A stretch of DNA of 64,000 nucleotides, taken from Nitrospirota bacterium. GTDB taxonomy: Bacteria > Nitrospirota > Thermodesulfovibrionia > Thermodesulfovibrionales > SM23-35. The stretch covers positions 50,823 to 114,822 of the forward strand of contig JBFMCL010000008.1 of the NCBI GenBank assembly GCA_040754395.1, in the 5' to 3' direction. Of the stretch, positions 57,001-64,000 are shown one piece after another. The notes under the pieces are model-generated. The model had not been told where the DNA came from. It made no database searches and saw nothing but the letters and a program-made list of their open reading frames with translations. Position 1 is the first letter of the stretch. The number at the start of each line of letters is the position of its first letter. A program made the translations under genes and the position numbers.

Positions 57001-58214
57001 ATCAGTTCAAGCCAGACGCGGATGTTTCTGAGATGACTGCGGTTAGACTGGACCTGCCATTCGTCCGTAACTCCCTGTATCACGGGATATTGAAACCCGA
57101 GCGAGATGATTTTCTGCAAATACCACTCAACGAGACCGCTGACACCCCTGGCGTAGATCTCATTGCCGATCCCCTGAATGCAGAACAGCGAAGTGTCCGG
57201 ATACATGCGGAGGCTCTGCTTCAGCGCAATGAAGACTCCTGCAAGCGTGATTCTGATCTGTTCCGGCTCCTCGCCCCTAATGATATTCGCCACTGTACGG
57301 TTGATCTCCCTGAGGGCATTTTCCTGGATGACGGAGAGGCCCGGGTTTTCCATGACCGTAAGAAGATACGCAAGCTTCAGCTTCAAATCACGGGATGTGT
57401 CTCCGGTGATGCGCAGTTTCCCGGCAATATCTTCATAATACCTGACAATCTGCGTATACCCGGGCAGATTCAGAAGTTCTTTCAGCTGCGACGTCTGATC
57501 GTCAGATTGCCGGATGTGTGCAAGAAGAACGGTCATTTCCCTGAGGTGCGCATGCGAGACCGGGAAGACCAGATCTTCCAGATCGCGATTCTGTTGTGCA
57601 CTCAGGGGAGGTTCCGAAAGACCGGGTATCCAGTCCGCAGGATCTGTTTCATTAAGCCAGGAGGAAAACGTCATGGAGAAATACCGCGCGAGTAGATTGT
57701 TGAATGTTTCCGTATGCATGGCCGGGGAGTTTTTTCCGAGGATGATCTGCCCGAGTTTCTTGATCTGATGGGGGTTTGACACGAGGAGAAAAAACAGTTT
57801 GTCCGGCAGTTGCAGCATTGCGGAAAAGCACCCGTTCAGTATCTCTTCATACCTGCTGAGTTCACTTCCGTCAAGCAGAATTTTCTCGAGATAGAATATA
57901 AGGCTCTCTGCTGAAGCCTGATGCACCGAGACATCAGGATTTTCCATCGCTTCCAGAAATACCTCAATGACAGTCCTGATCGCTTCAGCGCCTTTCTCAT
58001 GATGGTCGTGAGTGTAGAAGTTCTTCAGGGCATATGACCTCATTTCCCTGATGATGAAATTCCAGTCCCCGGTCGCACGGTTCAATGCGTCCAGCAAAGG
58101 CTCAAGAGCGGTCAGCAGTCCGGGATACTCCTGTATTACTTCCCTGAGGACTTCATACTTCGGGGATGCGGATTTCTGTATGTCGGGTGTCATTCTTATA
58201 ACCTTCCGTTTCAT
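54030..58214 (-). CDS. Large PPDK-like (PEP-utilising) protein: long N-terminal region, ATP-grasp domain, phospho-His swivel domain
   Basis: LGNKGYNL, PVPPGF, LVSVRSG, SMPGMM, VQAMAYGN, GEDIVSG, LQTR, GGSTSHA. Confidence 0.85.
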   Translation of the reverse strand: MKRKVIRMTPDIQKSASPKYEVLREVIQEYPGLLTALEPLLDALNRATGDWNFIIREMRSYALKNFYTHDHHEKGAEAIRTVIEVFLEAMENPDVSVHQASAESLIFYLEKILLDGSELSRYEEILNGCFSAMLQLPDKLFFLLVSNPHQIKKLGQIILGKNSPAMHTETFNNLLARYFSMTFSSWLNETDPADWIPGLSEPPLSAQQNRDLEDLVFPVSHAHLREMTVLLAHIRQSDDQTSQLKELLNLPGYTQIVRYYEDIAGKLRITGDTSRDLKLKLAYLLTVMENPGLSVIQENALREINRTVANIIRGEEPEQIRITLAGVFIALKQSLRMYPDTSLFCIQGIGNEIYARGVSGLVEWYLQKIISLGFQYPVIQGVTDEWQVQSNRSHLRNIRVWLELIENDPKWSKTLISALIINLKLGGVHISDTDIFQKDITKLLNSDIKPVYHLVKQMAKGFPVYFSEIGAEGPLREVSTEVDESTHRTDVLVHFLRKQSHVESSARVVDFIREVINFWRTGEKKPLRGFLPEHIYEQIAVSGPYVDELRTVFNDLFDQKGLSEVSDLLYLDDDEIAALAYGTQNVSEKEKRRAFLTVKFYQLLNKKYNLDTQDIKDQLKFAQSLGLPHAGPLITVLENGTVSQRLREVLKYLGLLKDIILSTERFEPVENVFRKRHIAAGIPSMYGNYHERKFDALSITFRLENLANILFEELINSINLRFITRATLFQIEKFVSLFFQALRLDGISSNKLENAMELLSVALEVRRFSFSQYIDIFRGFSEAVQDVLNTYYDGIYKNTLKQIIPLMESTLILPKYLHTGTEQSEPEFINTISEQFLRETVAESLGLQQLDNFVSRILKTLFEQAEGLDVGNLDLLMSYDPKKALSGIHTPNKATIDRIHLGNKGYNLIKLASLGIPVPPGFIITTEVFRCEKAIHRFRHVREHLDEGIRKKMQTLEKQTGKFFGDPENPLLVSVRSGGAISMPGMMISFLNVGMNESVCRGLLKQTSKPWFVWDCYRRFLQCWGMSFGMERDSFDDIMNSCKEHYKVLRKIQFTPDQMREIAFSYREAIRNSGIEIIDDPNTQLQIAIEQVFKSWFSQKTQAYREIMGISENWGTAVIVQAMAYGNLDINSGTGVLFTRNPQDSVDKVMLWGDFAIGAQGEDIVSGLIRTLPISDDQKPFEDRTSEISFEESFPDLYAALLKICKDLIYQERWGAQEVEFTFEGRNSDKLYILQTRDMSITRKESFMAFLPSKKLTSSYLSRGIGVGGGALSGRVVFDLDEIRKLREKDPDTHLILIRSDTVPDDIRHISAADGLLTARGGSTSHASIIANRLGKTCVVSCNNLIVWETQKKCKLNKRVIKVGDFLSIDGRNGSVFFGKHPVREIKAELPAKL

Positions 58215-58273
58215 TATATAATAGAATGTAATGATTTTACCGTAATCGGAAGCGGGTGATAAAGACAGGCGAT

Positions 58274-58915
58274 ATGGCCATGAGGATATGTGAGATATTT
58301 ACCAGCATACAGGGAGAATCAAGCTATGCGGGCCTGCCCTGCACATTTATCCGGGTGGCAGGCTGCAATCTCCGCTGCACGTATTGCGACACAACGTATG
58401 TATATGATGAAGGTGCTGAAGTTTCTCTGCAAGAGATCATGCAGAATGTCAGGGATGCAGGGACGGGTCTTGTGGAGATCACCGGAGGAGAACCGCTCCT
58501 TCAGAATGAAATCCACCTGCTTGTCTCAGGACTGCTTGAAGAGGGCTATACACTGCTGATAGAGACAAACGGCTCGCAGAGTATCGCAGGTGTAGATCCG
58601 CGGGCGGTAGTGATCCTTGATATAAAAACCCCCGGAAGCGGCATGCATGAAAAGATGGATCTCTCGAATCTTGCTATGATAAAGCCGTCTGCCGAGATAA
58701 AGTTTGTTATTACAGGCAGGGAGGATTATCAATGGTCAAAGGACATGATCCGCGCCTACGGATTGTCAGAAAAATGCCATATCCTCATGTCTCCGGCGTA
58801 TGGAACTCTTCCTCCTTCAGACCTCGCGAGATGGATACTTGAAGACAGGCTCAATGTGCGTCTCAATATCCAGCTGCACAAATATATTTTTGATCCTGAA
58901 AGACGGGGCGTGTAA
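58274..58915 (+). CDS. queE: 7-carboxy-7-deazaguanine synthase (radical SAM)
   Basis: EIFTSIQGE, CNLRCTYCDT, TGGEPL, ETNG, QLHK. Confidence 0.9.
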   Translation: MAMRICEIFTSIQGESSYAGLPCTFIRVAGCNLRCTYCDTTYVYDEGAEVSLQEIMQNVRDAGTGLVEITGGEPLLQNEIHLLVSGLLEEGYTLLIETNGSQSIAGVDPRAVVILDIKTPGSGMHEKMDLSNLAMIKPSAEIKFVITGREDYQWSKDMIRAYGLSEKCHILMSPAYGTLPPSDLARWILEDRLNVRLNIQLHKYIFDPERRGV

Positions 58916-58949
58916 TGAATGAAACGCTGCACAGCGGAAGTTCCTGCCG

Positions 58950-61055
58950 GTGAAGGACAGATTTCTGCACATTCCCGGAAGACTCTCCGGACTGAAGGAA
59001 CTGGCATATAACCTCTGGTGGAGCTGGCATCCGGCTGCGCGGATGCTTTTCAAAACGATCGACAGGATTGCATGGAAGGAAAGCGGACATAATCCGGTGC
59101 AGATGCTGCAGGAACTCCCGGAAGAAACCTTTCAGGCAATAGGGTCAAATGAAGATTTCCTTCGTCAATATGATACGGTATTAGCCAGCTACCGGGAAGA
59201 TATCATGACAAAGGTCTGCTGGTTTGCCGCCAATCTGAAAGACACCGGATGCCTGCCGATAGCCTACTTCTCTGCGGAATACGGACTCCAGCATTCACTC
59301 CCTTTTTATGCAGGAGGGCTGGGGTTTCTCGCTGGAGACCATATCAAGGAGTGCAGTGATCTCGGTGTTCCGATGGTTGCAGTTGGATTCATGTATCCGG
59401 AGGGGTATCTCCGTCAGCGGGTGCGGGTGGATGGATGGCAGGAAGAAATTGATGAGAACCTTGACAGGGATTCCGCCCCGATTGAACGTGTCTGCAATGA
59501 AAAGGGGGAGCAGATTATTGTGAAGGTGCCTTTTGTGGAACCTCCGGTACATGTCGCCAGCTGGAAGGTAGCGGTTGGCCGCATTTCCCTTTACCTGATG
59601 GATACCGATATCGAAATGAACGATCCGTGGAACCGGAAAATCAGTTCCCACCTGTATATCGGGGATATAGAGCAGCGTTTGCGACAGGAAATAGTGCTCG
59701 GTATCGGCGGAGTCGCCATGCTCAATGCACTCGGCATCAGGTATTCCGTCCTGCACCTGAATGAGGGACATCCTGCCTTTGCGCTGCTCGAACGTATCAG
59801 GGAAAGGATAGAAGGCGGGATGAGCTTTCAGGATGCGGCTGCACAGGTGTGGTCCACAACAATTTTTACCACACATACCCCGGTACCGGCGGGGCATGAC
59901 GTGTTTCCCTTCCATCTGATGGATAAATATTTCAGCCGCTGCTATCCTTTCCTCGGCCTGAACAGGGATGATTTTCTCCAGATGGGCATTTATCCCGGAG
60001 AAAAGGACGCAGGGTTCAACATGACGACATTTGCCCTGCGCATGTCACGGTACAGCAACGGGGTGAGCAGGAAGCACGGTGAATTGGCACGACGGATGTG
60101 GAAACCGCTCTGGCCCGGCAGGAATGAAGAAGATATTCCGATCAGCCATATTACAAACGGAATCCATATCCCGACATGGATAGAACCGAAGATGGAGCTG
60201 CTTTTCAACAAATATCTCGGACCTGAATGGATCACAGATCATGACAGCCATGCTGTGTGGGAACTGATTGACAGTATTCCGGACGAAGAATTATGGCAGG
60301 TGCATTACTGGCTGAAGATAAAACTAATCAACTATATCAGGGAACAGGCCCGAAAGCGATGGATTGAAAACAAAGTGAATCCGGTAAATATCATAACGGG
60401 CGGCATTTTGCTTGATCCCATGACGCTGACAATCGGCTTCGCACGGCGTTTTGCCTCATACAAGAGGGCTGATCTTATCTTCAGAAACCCCGGGCGGCTT
60501 ATGGCGCTCCTGAATAACCGGTGGAAGCCTCTGCAGATAATATTTGCCGGAAAGGCGCATCCCGCGGACGACGAAGGGAAAAGGATATTGCAGCGCATTT
60601 ACAAGTTTGCACAGGATTCGGACCTTGGAGGAAGAATCGCGTTTGTGGAAAATTACAATGAGCAGCTCGCGCAGTATATGGTTCACGGGGTTGACCTGTG
60701 GCTGAATAATCCGTTGCCGCCTCTTGAGGCGTGCGGAACCAGCGGCATGAAGGCCTCCCTGAACGGTGTGCCGCATCTGAGTATTCTCGACGGATGGTGG
60801 CTCGAGGGTTTCGACGGAAAAAACGGATGGGCCTTTGAAGGAAAGGGCGATGACAGGGACGCCGAAACGATTTGCGATATCCTTGAAAAAGAGGTTGTCC
60901 CTCTCTATTACAGGCTCAATGAGTCGGGAATTCCTGCAGGATGGGTCAGGATCATGAAAAAAGCGATTAAGGGCACCGGGGCTTCTTTCAGTGCGCGCAG
61001 GATGGTCAAGGAATACGCGTTGAAATTCTACCATCAGGCATTGCAATCATCCTGA
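58950..61055 (+). CDS. glgP: Alpha-glucan phosphorylase, long form
   Basis: ELAYNLWWSW N-terminal domain, YAGGLGFLAGD, HLNEGH, EACGTSGMKA. Confidence 0.93.
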   Translation: MKDRFLHIPGRLSGLKELAYNLWWSWHPAARMLFKTIDRIAWKESGHNPVQMLQELPEETFQAIGSNEDFLRQYDTVLASYREDIMTKVCWFAANLKDTGCLPIAYFSAEYGLQHSLPFYAGGLGFLAGDHIKECSDLGVPMVAVGFMYPEGYLRQRVRVDGWQEEIDENLDRDSAPIERVCNEKGEQIIVKVPFVEPPVHVASWKVAVGRISLYLMDTDIEMNDPWNRKISSHLYIGDIEQRLRQEIVLGIGGVAMLNALGIRYSVLHLNEGHPAFALLERIRERIEGGMSFQDAAAQVWSTTIFTTHTPVPAGHDVFPFHLMDKYFSRCYPFLGLNRDDFLQMGIYPGEKDAGFNMTTFALRMSRYSNGVSRKHGELARRMWKPLWPGRNEEDIPISHITNGIHIPTWIEPKMELLFNKYLGPEWITDHDSHAVWELIDSIPDEELWQVHYWLKIKLINYIREQARKRWIENKVNPVNIITGGILLDPMTLTIGFARRFASYKRADLIFRNPGRLMALLNNRWKPLQIIFAGKAHPADDEGKRILQRIYKFAQDSDLGGRIAFVENYNEQLAQYMVHGVDLWLNNPLPPLEACGTSGMKASLNGVPHLSILDGWWLEGFDGKNGWAFEGKGDDRDAETICDILEKEVVPLYYRLNESGIPAGWVRIMKKAIKGTGASFSARRMVKEYALKFYHQALQSS

Positions 61056-61257
61056 CACGTTATCTCATAATCTGATGCTCGCTTCAGGTATCCGGTGCGC
61101 ACTGTCATTGTTTTTGCAATATCCCTTTCCGTGATTGCCATAAATCATATATCTGCATACTGTTGCAGATTCAGGGAGAAACCGTTGGAATACCGTGAAA
61201 AAGTGATATAATCTCACTAATGGATTTTGCAAAAAATTATTTTAAAGAGGAGGGCGT

Positions 61258-61707
61258 ATGATCACAAAAATCCTTGTACCCACTGATGGATCAAAGCCGT
61301 CAAGAAAATCTGTAAACTATGCGGTTGAACTTGCCCGTCAGACCGGAGCCTCTCTTATCCTGATTAGCGTGGTGGACAAAAGCGCATTTATTCCGCAGGC
61401 GGTGCCCGCCGTTCCGTCTTCACCAAGAATTATGGAGCCCATTGAGAATGTTCTCACACGTGCTGCAGAATCATATGTTGCGGATGCGGAAAAGATATGC
61501 AAAAAGCATCAGGTGCCGGTGAAATCAGTAATAAGATCCGGACATCCTGTGGAGCAGATCATTCAGGAGGCGGTGAAATCAAAAGCGGATCTGATCGTGG
61601 TGGGCTCTCACGGGAAAAGTGCACTGAAAGCAGCGGTGCTCGGCAGCGTTGCCTTCGGAATCATTAGCAAGGAGACGAAGATACCTGTGCTGGTAGTAAG
61701 AAAGTAG
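61258..61707 (+). CDS. Universal stress protein
   Basis: KILVPTDGS, DLIVVGSHG, LGSVA, PVLVV. Confidence 0.93.
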   Translation: MITKILVPTDGSKPSRKSVNYAVELARQTGASLILISVVDKSAFIPQAVPAVPSSPRIMEPIENVLTRAAESYVADAEKICKKHQVPVKSVIRSGHPVEQIIQEAVKSKADLIVVGSHGKSALKAAVLGSVAFGIISKETKIPVLVVRK

Positions 61708-61758
61708 CCATTTGTACTATACTACCAGCTATGAATTTATTCTTTGAAGGAGGATGTG

Positions 61759-62778
61759 GTGGTCAAGATTTATTACGATAAAGATGCAGATAAGAAGGTG
61801 CTCAAGGGGAAAAAAATCGCGGTCATTGGGTACGGAAGCCAGGGGCACGCACATGCCAATAACCTCAGGGAGAGCGGGCTGGATGTCATTATCGGGGTGA
61901 AGAAAGGCGGTGCAGGCTGGGAAAAGGCTGAAAAAGCAGGGTTTAAGGTCTATATCCCTGCAGATGCGGCAAAAAAAGCAGACATCATCATGATGCTCGT
62001 ACCTGATGAATATATGGCGGAAATTTATAAGGCAGAGATAGCTCCTCACATAAAAAAGGGTGCGTACCTCGGGTTTGCGCACGGCTTTAACATCCATTTC
62101 GGACAGATCGTGCCGCCCGCGTCGGTAAACATATTCATGGTTGCCCCCAAGGGACCGGGGCACCTTGTGAGGTCTGAGTACCTGAAGGGAAGCGGAGTAC
62201 CGTGCCTGATAGCAATTCAGCAGGACCCTTCAAAAGATACAAAGAAAACGGCTCTTGCCTATGCATCCGGAATAGGAGGGGGCAGGGCCGGTGTGATTGA
62301 GACAACGTTCCGCGAAGAAACAGAAACGGATCTGTTCGGCGAGCAGGTGGTGCTCTGCGGAGGCCTGACGTCTCTCATCCTGAACGGATATGAAATACTG
62401 GTTGAGGCTGGGTATTCTCCTGAAATGGCATACTTCGAATGCCTTCATGAAGTGAAGCTCATCGTAGACCTTATTTACGAAGGCGGCATCTCGAACATGA
62501 GGTATTCCATCAGCAATACCGCGCAATTCGGCGACCTCACAAGGGGGCCCAGAATTGTGAACGAGGACACAAAAAAAGAGATGAAAAAAATCCTGAACGA
62601 GATCCAGTCCGGCGAATTTGCGAGGGAATGGATTCTCGAATGCAGGGCAAACAAGCCGGTCTTTAATGCCCTTACAAAAAAGGGCGAAGCGCATCCGATC
62701 GAAGATGTGGGCGGAAAGCTGAGGGCCATGATGCCATGGCTGAAAAAAGGAAAACTCGTGGATAAATCGAAGGCGTGA
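61759..62778 (+). CDS. ilvC: Ketol-acid reductoisomerase
   Basis: [38 protein letters not shown] before GTG. Confidence 0.97.
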   Translation: MVKIYYDKDADKKVLKGKKIAVIGYGSQGHAHANNLRESGLDVIIGVKKGGAGWEKAEKAGFKVYIPADAAKKADIIMMLVPDEYMAEIYKAEIAPHIKKGAYLGFAHGFNIHFGQIVPPASVNIFMVAPKGPGHLVRSEYLKGSGVPCLIAIQQDPSKDTKKTALAYASGIGGGRAGVIETTFREETETDLFGEQVVLCGGLTSLILNGYEILVEAGYSPEMAYFECLHEVKLIVDLIYEGGISNMRYSISNTAQFGDLTRGPRIVNEDTKKEMKKILNEIQSGEFAREWILECRANKPVFNALTKKGEAHPIEDVGGKLRAMMPWLKKGKLVDKSKA

Positions 62779-63449
62779 TCAGGTTTGCCCCAGAAGGCTA
62801 CCCGTTTATTCTGGGCTCGTTCCTTCTCGCGGTCATAGCCTCGGTTTTTCTTATATGGGCATTGCGGACCGGAAGTCACGGAATCACCTTTTATTCTACC
62901 TTGTCTGCGTTCTGCATATTCTTCCTTGGCACCTTTTTTATGGCCTATTTTTTCCGTGATCCTGAAAGAGCGATACCTCAGGGAAAAAGTGTCTTCGTCT
63001 CTCCTGCGGACGGAAAGGTGATACTGATCAGGGAAGTGTTTGAGCCGGAATATCTGCATGCAGAGGCGAAAGAAATAAGCATATTCATGTCTCCCCTCGA
63101 TGTGCATGTCAACCGCGCTCCCTGTGACGGCAGGGTCATTGCGGTCAGATACTCGCCCGGAAAATATATGGCAGCCTACAGGGATGAGGCTTCGCTGCAG
63201 AACGAAAATATCGTTATGCATCTTGCGGGAGATGACGGGCAGGTACTGGTCAGGCAGGTTGCCGGTTTTGTGGCAAGGAGGGCGGTCTGCAGGGCAAAAG
63301 AAGGCGATCTGCTGGCTCGAGGGGAGAGGTATGGCATCATAAAGTTCAGTTCACGGCTCGATGTGTATCTCCCGAAAGACGTTGTATTAAAGGTGAAAAC
63401 CGGGGACAGGGTAAAAGCAGGGGAATCTGTTATCGCAGTGAAGAACTAA
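62775..63449 (+). CDS. psd: Phosphatidylserine decarboxylase proenzyme
   Basis: [26 protein letters not shown] cleavage motif. Confidence 0.9.
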   Translation: MIRFAPEGYPFILGSFLLAVIASVFLIWALRTGSHGITFYSTLSAFCIFFLGTFFMAYFFRDPERAIPQGKSVFVSPADGKVILIREVFEPEYLHAEAKEISIFMSPLDVHVNRAPCDGRVIAVRYSPGKYMAAYRDEASLQNENIVMHLAGDDGQVLVRQVAGFVARRAVCRAKEGDLLARGERYGIIKFSSRLDVYLPKDVVLKVKTGDRVKAGESVIAVKN

Positions 63450-63461
63450 GGAGGAAAAGAC

Positions 63462-64000
63462 ATGAGTGAAGGGCCGGAAGGGGCCATTTTACAGAGGGAC
63501 AAAAAGACCTATGCAATCGTTCCGAGGATTCCGATGGGTGTCCTGACACCTGAAATCCTCGAAACCCTCGCGAGCGTTGCGCGCAAATACAATGTCCGCA
63601 TTATCAAGATAACCTCTGGTCAGCGTATCGCGCTTGTAGGGTTCAGTCCCGATGACGTGGAAAAGGCATGGAAAGACCTTGGGATGGAGGTCGGTCCCGC
63701 CGAAGGGTTATGTGTGCATTATGTTCAGGCATGCCCCGGGACCGAAACCTGCAAGTTCGGAAGGGGCGATTCCCTTGGACTGGCAGCAAAGATCGAGCAG
63801 ATGTATGTCGGCAAGAATGACCTTATCCCGGCAAAAACAAAATTCGGCATTTCCGGATGCATGCTGAACTGTGCCGAAAGCTACCTGAGGGATCTGGGGG
63901 CATTCTGCGCTCCAGACGGATGGACTGTGGTGGTCGGCGGCAATTCAGGCGGGAGACCGCGTATCGGCGACGTAATTGCAAAAAAACTGACTGAGGAGCA
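63462..64000 (+). CDS. Nitrite/sulfite-reductase-like 4Fe-4S domain protein (runs past the window end)
   Basis: AGGAGG RBS; translation GAILQRDKKTYAIVP, KITSGQR, ACPGTETC, SGCMLNCAES; not in the ORF track. Confidence 0.8.
   Translation, partial: MSEGPEGAILQRDKKTYAIVPRIPMGVLTPEILETLASVARKYNVRIIKITSGQRIALVGFSPDDVEKAWKDLGMEVGPAEGLCVHYVQACPGTETCKFGRGDSLGLAAKIEQMYVGKNDLIPAKTKFGISGCMLNCAESYLRDLGAFCAPDGWTVVVGGNSGGRPRIGDVIAKKLTEE

Noticed and set aside
1..64000. CRISPR arrays, rRNA, IS elements, and the many long antisense or overlapping ORFs in the track (e.g. 39936-41012, 10868-11815, 37118-37990)
   Set aside because: No spaced direct repeats, rRNA or transposase motifs were seen. The overlapping ORFs are shadows of well-supported genes and have no motifs of their own.

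Overview
A 64-kb chromosomal window from an anaerobic Gram-negative bacterium. Gene content suggests a Nitrospirota/Thermodesulfovibrionia-like or deltaproteobacterial lineage, but this is inference only. Most of it is housekeeping and transport: trkA/trkH, tungstate ABC tupABC, engB, cooC, a thyA-like gene, ABC transporters, a GspE/PilB ATPase, mutS2, rarA, pncB, a TolC-MacAB-type exporter, a GAPDH-like gene, a PPDK-like gene, queE, two glucan phosphorylases, ilvC, psd, tRNA-Val(TAC) and tRNA-Asp(GTC). An AT-richer accessory stretch (~5.2-16.8 kb) holds a cold-shock gene, a P-type ATPase, a Cyc2-like cytochrome-porin and an AbrB/PIN toxin-antitoxin pair. The main find, which the ORF track misses, is an apparent two-gene selenoprotein operon on the minus strand (29572-30500). 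Its first gene is a secreted DsbC-like oxidoreductase with an N-terminal CxxCH motif and a U-P-H-C active site. Its second is an uncalled 44-aa single-helix membrane protein with an in-frame UGA. Each UGA is followed by a SECIS-like hairpin, and the two hairpins share a GGAGA apex. Other points of interest are two related structured non-coding elements at 42.1-42.5 kb, a tetraheme cytochrome next to a heme/Cys-rich hybrid kinase, a collagen protein with a circularly permuted tail-collar domain, a PPDK-like dikinase lacking its pyruvate domain, and several gene remnants. No CRISPR array, rRNA, integrase or transposase was recognised.
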